Shown here piece after piece: positions 26,221-35,896 of a stretch of 64,000 nt of DNA. Numbering within the stretch: position 1 is the first letter of the stretch; each line of letters begins with the position of its first letter. Source of the DNA: an uncultured Allomuricauda sp. (GTDB taxonomy: Bacteria > Bacteroidota > Bacteroidia > Flavobacteriales > Flavobacteriaceae); assembly GCA_965117065.1 (NCBI GenBank), contig OZ220751.1, positions 1,789,807 through 1,853,806 of the forward strand, in the 5' to 3' direction. The notes under the pieces were generated by a model that did not search any database, was not told where the DNA came from, and was given only the letters and a program-made list of their open reading frames with translations. Both the position numbers and the translations under genes were made by a program.

Positions 26221-28593
26221 ATGAAGCCCATCAACACTCTTTTCATCGGACTTTTGTTTGTTGCATGCACCACCCAATCACCTCATGCTATTTCCGAAAT
26301 ATTGGAGGACTCTCCTAATATCCAAGGAAAACAAGATTATTTGGATTCGCCTTATGTTACCGCAGGAAATAGAGTGTATATGGTAGGGCATCAAAATGGG
26401 AGCTTTCCTTCCCTCGGCTGGCATATAAAAGGCGAAATGGGAGGTATTTGGAACCACCCCATCAAACTAATGGATGGGTTTGAAGGAGAACTTATTGTGG
26501 AGAATGACACATTTAGCCTGGACAAGGCAACCGAATTCACCAATTACCCCTTTGCTAACAAACACGCCTTTAACTGGACAACCAAGAACATTGATGTGGA
26601 ACGTTGGCAGTTTGTTCCTGATGATTTGCAGGGTATTTTGATCCAATATGTTATCAAAAACAAAGGAAATAGTCCAAAGAAATCCACCTTTGGGTTTGTG
26701 GGGCATACGGATTTAAGACCGACATGGTTGGGAGAACGCACTCAAATGTTCGATGCCCAAGATAAGGACCAATATCAAAACGGAATATGGGTGGTGAAGG
26801 ATGAGTCCAATTCTTGGTTTTCCATTTTTGGTTCAGACCAAAACCCCGTTGAATATCAATCGCTCCCCAAAAAGGTCAATAAAAATGGACAATCCAACAA
26901 GCTTACTTATAATTTTACTTTGGCATCCAATTCAGAATATGTCCTGAGCTTTGTCATAGCGGGATCCTATACTTCAAAAGGAGATGCTCTGGAAACCTTT
27001 AATACCATAAAAAAAGGGCACTTCGGTTTGGCAAAAGAAAAAAAGGAGCGCCTTATCGCTTTGGCTTCCCAGTCCAAATTAACCATTCCCAACAAAGAGC
27101 TGGAAAAAACATTTGAATGGCTCAAATACAATGCCGATTGGTTAAAACGTACAGTTCCCGAAATAGGAACAGGCATTGGAGCTGGTATCCCAGATTATCC
27201 CTGGTGGTTTGGCGTAGATAGTGAATATGCCTTAAAGGGTTACATGGCGGTAGGTCAGGACAAGATTGTGGAACAAACCATAAAGTTGCTGGACAGTGTT
27301 TCCATGGCTGTCAATTCAAATGGTAAAATCCTGCATGAAATGTCTACAAATGGGACTGTATTCAATGATGGAAACATCAATGAAACACCCCAGTTTGCCT
27401 CATTAATCTGGGAAATCTATAAATGGAATGGAGACAAAGAGTTTTTAGAAAAATACTTTCCTACCATACAATTAGGACTAGCATGGCTTTTACGGGAAAA
27501 CGACAGTAACAAAAACCTGTTCCCAGATGGATTTGGAATGATGGAAATTCACGGTCTTGATAGTGAAATGATAGATGTTGCCGCATACACCCAAAGGGCA
27601 TTCTCAGATGCTGCTAAAATGGCTGCCGAGTTGGACATGCTCGAGTTGGCAGAAGTTTATGACAAAAACGCAACCCATTTGAAACAAAAGATTAATGCTG
27701 AGCTTTGGTCTGAAGATTTTGGTTCCTACGCAGATTTTTTGGGGACCGATCAACAGGCCATCCATTTGATCGAGGACGCGATGGTAAGGGCAGACACCTT
27801 GAACAAACCTTGGGCTATTGAAGAATTGGAAGCGACAAAGCAACAAATCCTCAAAAACCCTTCCAGCACACTAAAACCATTTGTTCTGCACCACAATTGG
27901 GTAGTCAATACTCCCATGGAAATGGGAATTGCAGATTCTAGTAAAGCCATAAGGGCTTTGGATACCGCCAAAAAATTCACCAATCCATTCGGAGTTTTTG
28001 TAACCGGTATAGACCGGGACGATTCGGCCGGTAAAGATTTTGGTTCCTTTGAAGGTAGTAAGGTCTTTTCCTATACCGGGGCCGTTATGACCCTCCCAAC
28101 CGGAGTGCAGGCCATTGCAGAAAACAACTACGGTAGACCTAACGAGGCCTTGGACTACCTAGAACGTATGACCCGAACCTTCAGCTATGCCTTTCCAGGA
28201 AGTATGTATGAAGTTTCGCCAGATTATGGGATGATGACCCAGGCTTGGAACATATATGCCTACGCCATTCCTATTGTGCAACAATTTTTTGGGATTCAAC
28301 CCATGGCACACCGCAAAACAGTTATAATTAGGCCCCAAATGCCTAGCAACTGGGAGAAAGGAGCTTCTCTGGAAAATGTGAAGATTGCAGACAATTCGGT
28401 TTCCATTTTTTATGCCAAAGATGCCAATGGCCTACACATTGAAGTGCAACAAACAAATCCTGATTGGATTATCCACTTGGAACTCCCTCAAAACAAATAC
28501 CATGTAATAGAAGGTAACACAACATCCTCTCCAAACCCAAATCGGTCGGTTTTCATTACGTCGGATAAAGTCCTTAGAATACAAGAAGAGTAA
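26221..28593 (+). CDS. Lipoprotein with (alpha/alpha)6-barrel glycoside hydrolase-like domain (glycogen-debranching / GH63-GH15-like)
   Basis: 790 aa with lipobox LFVAC and a six-hairpin glycosidase-like C-terminal half. The family assignment is tentative. Confidence 0.45.
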   Translation: MKPINTLFIGLLFVACTTQSPHAISEILEDSPNIQGKQDYLDSPYVTAGNRVYMVGHQNGSFPSLGWHIKGEMGGIWNHPIKLMDGFEGELIVENDTFSLDKATEFTNYPFANKHAFNWTTKNIDVERWQFVPDDLQGILIQYVIKNKGNSPKKSTFGFVGHTDLRPTWLGERTQMFDAQDKDQYQNGIWVVKDESNSWFSIFGSDQNPVEYQSLPKKVNKNGQSNKLTYNFTLASNSEYVLSFVIAGSYTSKGDALETFNTIKKGHFGLAKEKKERLIALASQSKLTIPNKELEKTFEWLKYNADWLKRTVPEIGTGIGAGIPDYPWWFGVDSEYALKGYMAVGQDKIVEQTIKLLDSVSMAVNSNGKILHEMSTNGTVFNDGNINETPQFASLIWEIYKWNGDKEFLEKYFPTIQLGLAWLLRENDSNKNLFPDGFGMMEIHGLDSEMIDVAAYTQRAFSDAAKMAAELDMLELAEVYDKNATHLKQKINAELWSEDFGSYADFLGTDQQAIHLIEDAMVRADTLNKPWAIEELEATKQQILKNPSSTLKPFVLHHNWVVNTPMEMGIADSSKAIRALDTAKKFTNPFGVFVTGIDRDDSAGKDFGSFEGSKVFSYTGAVMTLPTGVQAIAENNYGRPNEALDYLERMTRTFSYAFPGSMYEVSPDYGMMTQAWNIYAYAIPIVQQFFGIQPMAHRKTVIIRPQMPSNWEKGASLENVKIADNSVSIFYAKDANGLHIEVQQTNPDWIIHLELPQNKYHVIEGNTTSSPNPNRSVFITSDKVLRIQEE

Positions 28594-28598
28594 ACTAT

Positions 28599-29087
28599 AT
28601 GTCCAACCCATATCCTACCCATAAACATATTTCTGTTCAGGAGGCTAAGAAAAAACTGGAGCATTATTGTGCCTATCAAGATCGTTGTCATAAGGAAGTA
28701 GTGGTAAAGCTGAAAGAAATGCGAATGATTCCCCAAGCAATCGATTCCATTGTAACTCATCTTATCCAAGAGAATTACCTAAATGAAGAACGTTTTGCCA
28801 AAAGTTTTGCCCGTGGGAAATTCAACATCAAAAAATGGGGGAGAAACAGAATTGTAAATGAGCTAAAACAACGACAAATTTCAAGATTCAACATTAAAAC
28901 TGCCCTTGAAGAAATTAATGATGATGATTACTACGATACCTTAAATGAACTAGCCATCAAGCGATGGGAGCAGTTGCAGGAATCCAACCTCCAAAAGAAA
29001 AAGAAAAAAACTGCAGATTTTCTGCTGTACCGTGGTTGGGAGAGTGATTTGGTTTATCAAAAACTAAAGGAACTAAGTAGCCAATAG
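28599..29087 (+). CDS. recX: RecX-family regulatory protein
   Basis: 162 aa of helical-repeat protein; the LEHYCAYQDRCHKEVVVKL start is typical of RecX. Confidence 0.6.
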   Translation: MSNPYPTHKHISVQEAKKKLEHYCAYQDRCHKEVVVKLKEMRMIPQAIDSIVTHLIQENYLNEERFAKSFARGKFNIKKWGRNRIVNELKQRQISRFNIKTALEEINDDDYYDTLNELAIKRWEQLQESNLQKKKKKTADFLLYRGWESDLVYQKLKELSSQ

Positions 29088-29119
29088 CTATAAAGTGATT
29101 TCCATCTTTTAGGCCATGG

Positions 29120-29998
29120 TCAATTACCTGTATTTTGAATCAAAAGATTGTGGGTCTTGACAATTGCTCTTTCATTTTTCCAGTCAATCCATTTTTGCCC
29201 CTTCAACCTGCGCATTACATTATCAAAATGACGCATAAAAAGAATGTTGTAGACTGCTTTGCTAAAATTCTTAGGTCTACGTGCAATGGCCCGCAAACTC
29301 ATGGAAAATCCAGGGGTAATGTATTTCATATGGTGCCAGTACCCTTCCGGGATGTAGAGCACATTGCCATGTTCCAATTGGGCCACAAAGCCTTTGGCAT
29401 TCCGTAAAGCTGGCCATTTATCCAAATCGGGGTTGGCAAAATCAATATCTTCCCTAGTAATCAAGGAATGCGGAATCTTGTACAGAAATTTGGTCTCTGA
29501 TTGGGGAAACAGAATACACTGCTTCTTTCCTTCAAAATGAAAGTGGAAGATATTGGCCAAATCTATATCATAATGCATAAAGGTGTGGGAGTTACTACCC
29601 CCAAAAAATAACATGGGAAGCCCTTTCATCAGTCGCAATCCAAAATCCGGGTATTTATAATCTTCCTGAAGCTGTGGTACTTCCTTCAGCACATTCCACA
29701 AGAAAATTCGGTATTTGGTGGGTTCACTTTTTAGAAGGTCAATATAATCCCGCATTTTCATTTGGGCATGGGGTTCATTAAACCCCTCATCGTGCTTTAC
29801 CGGTCGATCATCATATAGAGGAACTGTAATATCTCCGGCAATTTCCTTGATGTAATCCAAATTCCATTTGGAATGGGCAGGCCAGTCCTCAATAAAATGC
29901 TCAATAACCACAGGTTTTTGTGGTTTGAAGTATTTTTGGATAAACTCCCTTTTGGAAAGGGTTTTTTCCCGTGGAATTTGATCAAGGTTAAGCTCCAA
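29120..29998 (-). CDS. Cupin-like / JmjC-domain protein (putative 2-oxoglutarate/Fe hydroxylase fold)
   Basis: 292 aa with HYD (HxD) ... distal H (YWHHMKY), consistent with a cupin_8/JmjC facial triad. Confidence 0.55.
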   Translation of the reverse strand: MELNLDQIPREKTLSKREFIQKYFKPQKPVVIEHFIEDWPAHSKWNLDYIKEIAGDITVPLYDDRPVKHDEGFNEPHAQMKMRDYIDLLKSEPTKYRIFLWNVLKEVPQLQEDYKYPDFGLRLMKGLPMLFFGGSNSHTFMHYDIDLANIFHFHFEGKKQCILFPQSETKFLYKIPHSLITREDIDFANPDLDKWPALRNAKGFVAQLEHGNVLYIPEGYWHHMKYITPGFSMSLRAIARRPKNFSKAVYNILFMRHFDNVMRRLKGQKWIDWKNERAIVKTHNLLIQNTGN

Positions 29999-30059
29999 AA
30001 TTTTGGTTATTTTGAAACAACTAAATTAATAAAAGGTTTTTAAACGGTATTTTGTAGCC

Positions 30060-31160
30060 TTATTCCTTAGTAATCAGCTTCCCTTTGTGCTTGGCCTCCT
30101 CATTACGATCAATGGTGTGGCTTGGTCTGGACCATTTTGGTTTTTCGCCTTGGGCTTCTAATTGGGAATCTGAAGCTTCAACCGTTTTTGGTTGTGATAT
30201 TTTGGTAAAGGGCTTTTGTGGATTCAATCCCAAGAGTTCGAACATTTCCATGTCCTCGTTCACATCCGGGTTTGGAGTGGTCAATAATTTATCCCCTGCA
30301 AAAATAGAGTTGGCCCCTACAAAAAAGCACATAGCCTGTCCTTCCCTACTCATCTCGGTTCTCCCAGCGGACAGTCTTACTTGTGTCTCTGGCATAACAA
30401 TTCGTGTTGTGGCTACCATGCGCACCATATCCCAGATGGAAATGGGTTCAATATCTTCCATGGGAGTGCCTTCAACCGCCACCAACGCATTAATTGGGAC
30501 CGATTCCGGTTGTGGGTTCAAAGAGGCCAAAGCAACCAACATGCCCGCTCTATCCTCCAGCTTTTCGCCCATGCCAATAATTCCACCGCTACAAACAGTA
30601 ACGTTGCTTTTACGTACATTGTCTATGGTATCCAAACGATCCTGAAAGGCCCGGGTGGAGATTACATCTTTATAATAATCCTCTGAAGTATCCAGATTAT
30701 GGTTGTAAGCATATAAGCCCGCTTCTGCCAGTCGATTGGCTTGGTTTTCGGTAAGCATACCTAAAGTACAGCACACCTCCATATCCAATTTGTTGATGGT
30801 ACGTACCATTTCCAATACTTGATCAAACTCTGGGCCATCCTTCACATTTCTCCACGCCGCACCCATGCAGACACGAGAACTACCAGAAGCTTTGGCCCTA
30901 AGGGCCTGTGCTTTCACTTGCTGAACGGACATTAAATCATTCCCCTCAATATCCGTATGATATCTAGCAGCCTGTGGACAATAGCCACAATCCTCTGGAC
31001 AACCACCGGTTTTGATGGATAGCAAGGTGGAAACCTGTACCGTATTGGGGTCATGATGTTGCCTATGCACGGAAGCGGCGTCATATAACAATTCCATTAA
31101 AGGTTTGTTGTAGATTTCCAGAATCTCTTCCTTGGTCCAGTTGTGTCTTGGTGCAATCAT
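30060..31160 (-). CDS. bioB: Biotin synthase with ~45-aa hydrophilic C-terminal extension
   Basis: 366 aa with the radical-SAM CPEDCGYC motif and full BioB core. Confidence 0.95.
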   Translation of the reverse strand: MIAPRHNWTKEEILEIYNKPLMELLYDAASVHRQHHDPNTVQVSTLLSIKTGGCPEDCGYCPQAARYHTDIEGNDLMSVQQVKAQALRAKASGSSRVCMGAAWRNVKDGPEFDQVLEMVRTINKLDMEVCCTLGMLTENQANRLAEAGLYAYNHNLDTSEDYYKDVISTRAFQDRLDTIDNVRKSNVTVCSGGIIGMGEKLEDRAGMLVALASLNPQPESVPINALVAVEGTPMEDIEPISIWDMVRMVATTRIVMPETQVRLSAGRTEMSREGQAMCFFVGANSIFAGDKLLTTPNPDVNEDMEMFELLGLNPQKPFTKISQPKTVEASDSQLEAQGEKPKWSRPSHTIDRNEEAKHKGKLITKE

Positions 31161-31225
31161 AGGTTGAATCTAAATCAAGGTCAAAAATAGTCCTTATTCC
31201 GAAAACACTGCAATGATATGCCGTT

Positions 31226-31258
31226 AAAAAGAAAAAGGCCAGGACATATGTCCTAGCC
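31226..31258 (-). terminator. Rho-independent terminator after the flotillin gene
   Basis: Minus strand: GGCTAGGACAT/ATGTCCTGGCC hairpin (one mismatch) followed by TTTTTCTTTTT. Confidence 0.5.
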
Positions 31259-31283
31259 TTTGCTTTATGCAAAATAGCTATGA

Positions 31284-32717
31284 TTATTCTGCTTTTTTAT
31301 CTGATTTCGGCTTACTATCTCCTGTTTTTTGTTCGGAACCATCAGACACATCCTTTCCTTTTAGATATTCTGGCAGTTGCATTCCTGCCATATTGAACAT
31401 CTCTTGTAATGGGGGTACGGATTTATACATTCCAGAGATAAAATTGGCCGTAGAATTTTTACCATCTTCAGATTTAGCTCCAGAATCCCAAACAGTGATC
31501 TTATCAATCTTAATGTTTTTGATGGCCTCGGCTTGCTTCTCTACTAATTCTGGCAGTTTGTCTGCAATCAATAATAACACCGCATCTTTGGGGTTATCTC
31601 CAGCAGCTTTTACAATCCGATCCAATCCTTCAGCTTGTTTGGTCAATACCTCAAAGATTCCTTTTGCCTCAGCTTCTGCCTTGAATAAAATTGCATCGGC
31701 CTCCCCTTTTGCTTTCCTACGAATCATTTCAGCCTCGGCTTCTGCATCAATCTCTACTTTTTTCTTATCTATTTCCGCTGGCACAACAATATCCGCCATT
31801 TGAGAACTTCTTTCCCGTTCCGCCCTTGCAATTTCAGCATCTTTCTCTGCGGCATAAGATTCCTCCAAAGCTTTTGCTGTTTGTACTTTTTCCGCTGCAA
31901 TTGCAGTTCGCTCAGCTTCAGCTTCACGCTGTCTTCGTAAGGAATCTGAGTTTGCCACATCAATCTTCGCAACATTTTCCCCTTCTACAGCTTTTGCATT
32001 GGCAGCGGCAACCTGTGTCCTCTCATCTTGGACCGCGTTCGCCTCTCCAATGGAACCATCTCTGTTTTTTTCAGCAACAGATTTACGCGCGGCATTAATG
32101 GCGTGCGCAGCAGCCTCCTTACCTAAAGCCTCTATATAACCTGACTCGTCTACAATATCCGTGATGTTTACGTTGATGAGTTTGAGACCCACTTTTTTCA
32201 ACTCGGATTCTACACTTTGGGAAATATTGGACAGAAATTTATCCCTGTCCGAATTGATTTCTTCAATATCCATGGAAGCAACAACCAGACGTAGCTGACC
32301 GAAAATAATTTCCTTGGCCAAATCCTGCACCTCCTGCATTCCCAAACCTAAAAGTCGTTCTGCAGCGTTTTGCATAATTCCAGGTTCGGTAGAAATACCA
32401 ATGGTAAATCTTGAAGGCACGTTCACCCGAATATTCTGCCTACTTAGTGCATTGGTTAAGTCTACCTCTATGGAAATAGGGGTCAAATCCAGAAACTCAT
32501 AGTCTTGGATTACCGGCCAAATAAAAGCCGCCCCGCCATGAATACATTTAGCAGAATTACCAGAACCAACTTTTCCATAAACCACCAGAATTCGGTCTGA
32601 AGGACATCTTTTGTATCTCCTAATAAAGGAAATGATAATGATAAAGGCAAAAAGAATGGCAAAGCCAATAGTTAAGAGCGAAGCTCCTCCGCCCAGTTGT
32701 AAGGGTATTAATAGCAT
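31284..32717 (-). CDS. Flotillin-family SPFH/band-7 protein (YqiK/FloT-like)
   Basis: 477 aa with an N-terminal TM, SPFH domain and a long Ala/Glu-rich coiled coil. Confidence 0.85.
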   Translation of the reverse strand: MLLIPLQLGGGASLLTIGFAILFAFIIIISFIRRYKRCPSDRILVVYGKVGSGNSAKCIHGGAAFIWPVIQDYEFLDLTPISIEVDLTNALSRQNIRVNVPSRFTIGISTEPGIMQNAAERLLGLGMQEVQDLAKEIIFGQLRLVVASMDIEEINSDRDKFLSNISQSVESELKKVGLKLINVNITDIVDESGYIEALGKEAAAHAINAARKSVAEKNRDGSIGEANAVQDERTQVAAANAKAVEGENVAKIDVANSDSLRRQREAEAERTAIAAEKVQTAKALEESYAAEKDAEIARAERERSSQMADIVVPAEIDKKKVEIDAEAEAEMIRRKAKGEADAILFKAEAEAKGIFEVLTKQAEGLDRIVKAAGDNPKDAVLLLIADKLPELVEKQAEAIKNIKIDKITVWDSGAKSEDGKNSTANFISGMYKSVPPLQEMFNMAGMQLPEYLKGKDVSDGSEQKTGDSKPKSDKKAE

Positions 32718-32721
32718 ATGG

Positions 32722-33300
32722 TTATTTATTTAGGAGTTTAACAATCAATATTCCGTTATCGGTAACTTCTTTTACTTGGATCACGTTACCTTGTTTAAGG
32801 TCCACATTCTCATCCGTCAAAGCCTCTAATTCGCGTAGGGTACCTTGCACCTTAATGCTCACTTTTCCAATACTAGATCTATTGGCTCCAATTGTGAGGT
32901 ATACCTCCCCAATCTGATCGAGGGCATTTTTAAGTTTTAAAGTACCACTGCTTTGCATTTTGCTTAGGTAGTAAAACAGAGATGCCATGAGCAACATCAT
33001 AAGTAATCCACAGACCACGGAGATAAGAATGGTCATACCATTGGATAGACCGTTTTCCATGCATGAAATACCTGACCACCCAAAAATTGTAAAAAAGCCC
33101 ATTAAATTCTTAAAGGAAAGAAATTGAAATCCTATTCCGCCATCTCCTTCAACGTCTGCATCTATATCTCCGCTTACATCTTCGATATCTCCCCCAACAA
33201 AGGTCAAAACCATCAAAACAACAAGCACAATCGAGCCTGCGATTGCCGTAATCCAATAAACTTTTTCAAACAGCGTAAGTGTGGTATACCATTCTTCCAT
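32722..33300 (-). CDS. NfeD/YqiJ-like membrane protein (flotillin partner)
   Basis: 192 aa with TM helices plus a C-terminal OB-fold-like region. It lies immediately upstream of and co-oriented with flotillin. Confidence 0.6.
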   Translation of the reverse strand: MEEWYTTLTLFEKVYWITAIAGSIVLVVLMVLTFVGGDIEDVSGDIDADVEGDGGIGFQFLSFKNLMGFFTIFGWSGISCMENGLSNGMTILISVVCGLLMMLLMASLFYYLSKMQSSGTLKLKNALDQIGEVYLTIGANRSSIGKVSIKVQGTLRELEALTDENVDLKQGNVIQVKEVTDNGILIVKLLNK

Positions 33301-33366
33301 AATCCGTAGTATTTAGGTTGTTATTTTGATGAAAAAAGATAAGACTTTAAATGAAATATCTGTGTC

Positions 33367-34524
33367 TTATTTGGAAAGTAAAATGGAAACTGCATTCCCG
33401 CCAAAACCTACTGCGTTGACCATAATCTTTTGAATGGGTTTGGCTCCCATATCTTGCCTTAAAAAAGGAGTAGTAATGTAGGTTTGATGCTGTAACATAA
33501 GCAAGGCCATTTCAACACTTAATAGTCCCGAGGCACCAAAGGTGTGGCCTACTTTCCATTTATTGGTTGTTAAAAAGGGTTTTTTGTTACAAAAGATTTT
33601 TTCAATAGCATTAAATTCCGACAAATCTCCCTTAACCGTACCTGGTGAGTGCAGAACAATAGCATCTACCTGCGAAGGGTCTAAATCGCCCAGAGCCATC
33701 TTCATAGAAGCTTGGAAGCACCGGGCATCAGTTGAAATGGAAACATTGTGTTCCAAAGGTTCGGTGGCATATCCAATTCCCACAATAAAAGCCAAAGCAT
33801 TTGCCTTTTCTCCTTTTTCCAAACATGCCATAGCGGCACCTTCCCCCAAGACCATTGAATTTTGCTTTTTGGTCAAGTCCAATGCTCGACAAGGAAATTC
33901 ATTGACTTCTTTTGCATATATTTTCAATGCATGCATCTGCGCAATGGTAAAAGGGGTTAAGGGTGCTTCGCTCCCTCCTACCAAGAATTTATCGGTTAAT
34001 CCGCTTTGAATCCAAGCCACCGCATTCAGCACCGCATGTAGGGCCGTGGAACAGGTGATTGAATGGGAAATTTCTGGTCCCTTCGATTTTAAATCATGGG
34101 CTACCCAGGAAGAGATATTGCCTAAAGTGGTTGTCGGTGAAGACAGGGTTGAAGATTTTCCTTCCTTTAGAAATTCCCCGTGATATTTTTCAAAAAGAGC
34201 CGTAGCTCCACGAGAAGACCCAATGTTGATTCCAAAATTGGCATCGCCCGTCCACTTTGCGCATTCAATAACCTTTCTGGCCGTACATAATGCGAAAAGC
34301 ACAGAATCATCCAAATGATGGTATTTTGAGTCTGATTGCCTTAACGTATTAACTTGCAACTTTGTTGATGCCGGAAGATTAGAAGCCCATACCTCTTGAT
34401 TCCCAATCTGGGTTTGGACTAAGTTATGCCCCTCCTTTTGATAGGATTCCCATACATCCTCAGGGGCACTCCCCAAGGCGGAAATAGACGATAAACTGGT
34501 AATGGAAACGGGTTCTTTCAGCAT
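33367..34524 (-). CDS. Beta-ketoacyl-ACP synthase I/II-like condensing enzyme, short form, embedded in the biotin operon
   Basis: 385 aa with active-site Cys in ITCSTALHA, and His in HSPGTVKGD and VGHTFGASG (Cys-His-His triad of FabB/FabF). The start is 11 nt after the bioA stop. A terminator hairpin follows. Confidence 0.7.
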   Translation of the reverse strand: MLKEPVSITSLSSISALGSAPEDVWESYQKEGHNLVQTQIGNQEVWASNLPASTKLQVNTLRQSDSKYHHLDDSVLFALCTARKVIECAKWTGDANFGINIGSSRGATALFEKYHGEFLKEGKSSTLSSPTTTLGNISSWVAHDLKSKGPEISHSITCSTALHAVLNAVAWIQSGLTDKFLVGGSEAPLTPFTIAQMHALKIYAKEVNEFPCRALDLTKKQNSMVLGEGAAMACLEKGEKANALAFIVGIGYATEPLEHNVSISTDARCFQASMKMALGDLDPSQVDAIVLHSPGTVKGDLSEFNAIEKIFCNKKPFLTTNKWKVGHTFGASGLLSVEMALLMLQHQTYITTPFLRQDMGAKPIQKIMVNAVGFGGNAVSILLSK

Positions 34525-34535
34525 TTCTATATCAT

Positions 34536-35822
34536 CTAAACAATTTCCAGTGCTGATTTTATAGCATTATAAATCTCCTTCATCTGCTCTTTGCTTGTAA
34601 TGAATGGAGCCAATATATAAATGGTATTCCCCAATGGCCTAAGAAAGATTCCTTGGTCCATAAAATGCCTAAAAAGTTTATCTCTTAGGTTTCCATAGCG
34701 CTCCATTTGCACCTTTAAATCCAAAGCATAAATAACGCCCAATTGTCTTGTTGCACCTACTCTAGGGTGGTTTTTAATTTCTGCATCAAATTCTTGGTGC
34801 CATTGTATAATGTTTTGTATGTTTTTTTGAATCCCTTCTGTTTGCAAGAGTTCCAAAGCTGCCAAAGCGGCGGTGCAGGCCAGTGGATTTGCTGTATACG
34901 TGTGTCCATGAAACAGACCTTTTGCGATATCATCACTATAAAAAGCTTGATAAACATTCTGAGTGCAGGAGGTAAGGCCCATCGGAACAAGTCCAGCTGT
35001 CAAGGCCTTGGAAAGACATATGATATCCGGTTTTGTTTCCATATGATCAGAAGCAAAATACTTTCCTGTCTTGCCAAATCCTGTCATCACCTCATCTGCT
35101 ATTGTTAGGACATGATGTTTTTTCAATAGCGACAGAATTTGATTAAGTCCATCCGCATCATGCATTTTCATCGCAGCGGCTCCTTGAACCAAAGGTTCAT
35201 ATATAAATCCGGCAACGTTTGCCTTTTGCAATCTAACTTCCAACTGATTCAACAGAATTGGCAAATTTTCCCGAGTTGGAACAGGAATACGTTCTACTTG
35301 AATAAAAAACTCCTCAAAGGGGCCATTGTAAACAGAAAGACCAGAAACAGACATCGCACCAAAAGTGTCTCCATGAAATCCCTCTTCAAAGGCCAATAGC
35401 ACGTTGCGCTTTTCCCCTCGGTTAAAATGGTATTGCAAAGCCATTTTAATCCCAATTTCCGTTGCTGTGGAACCATTATCTGAAAAGAATAGCTTCTCCT
35501 GATTCTCAGGTAAAACTTTGACTAGTTCCTCTGAGAGTTTTACGGCTGGCTCATGGGTAAACCCACTAAAAACTACCTGATCCAGTTGTTGCATCTGTTC
35601 CCCTACTTTTTCCAAAATGTAAGGATGGCAATGTCCATACACACAAGTATACCAAGAGGATATGCCGTCAATATATTCTTTGCCATTTTCATCAAACAGC
35701 ATAGCTCCTTTTGCCTTGGAAATGGCCAACATTTCAGGATGGGTCTTATGCTGGGTTAAGGGGTGCCAAAGGTGCTTTTTGTCCCTGTCCGATAAATTTT
35801 CCAATGTATGGGGATTAGCCAA
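34536..35822 (-). CDS. bioA: Adenosylmethionine-8-amino-7-oxononanoate aminotransferase
   Basis: 428 aa class-III aminotransferase with the characteristic BioA N-terminus (W.P.TQ...). Confidence 0.9.
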   Translation of the reverse strand: MANPHTLENLSDRDKKHLWHPLTQHKTHPEMLAISKAKGAMLFDENGKEYIDGISSWYTCVYGHCHPYILEKVGEQMQQLDQVVFSGFTHEPAVKLSEELVKVLPENQEKLFFSDNGSTATEIGIKMALQYHFNRGEKRNVLLAFEEGFHGDTFGAMSVSGLSVYNGPFEEFFIQVERIPVPTRENLPILLNQLEVRLQKANVAGFIYEPLVQGAAAMKMHDADGLNQILSLLKKHHVLTIADEVMTGFGKTGKYFASDHMETKPDIICLSKALTAGLVPMGLTSCTQNVYQAFYSDDIAKGLFHGHTYTANPLACTAALAALELLQTEGIQKNIQNIIQWHQEFDAEIKNHPRVGATRQLGVIYALDLKVQMERYGNLRDKLFRHFMDQGIFLRPLGNTIYILAPFITSKEQMKEIYNAIKSALEIV

Positions 35823-35873
35823 ATGTTACATTTTATCTATCTTGCAAAGATGGTGATTTAAACCTAAAAATAC

Positions 35874-35896
35874 TCAACCTCAACCTCAACCTCAAA
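35874..35896. repeat. Hexanucleotide tandem repeat (TCAACC)x3.5 in the bioA / GT39 divergent intergenic region
   Basis: Read directly from the sequence: tcaacctcaacctcaacctcaaag, abutting the GTG start of the GT39 gene. Confidence 0.8.

Noticed and set aside
35823-35873. TCTT-GCA-AAGA inverted repeat in the bioA promoter as a biotin operator
   Set aside because: The arms are only 4 bp, and the Bacteroidetes biotin regulator and its site are unknown, so this cannot be distinguished from chance.
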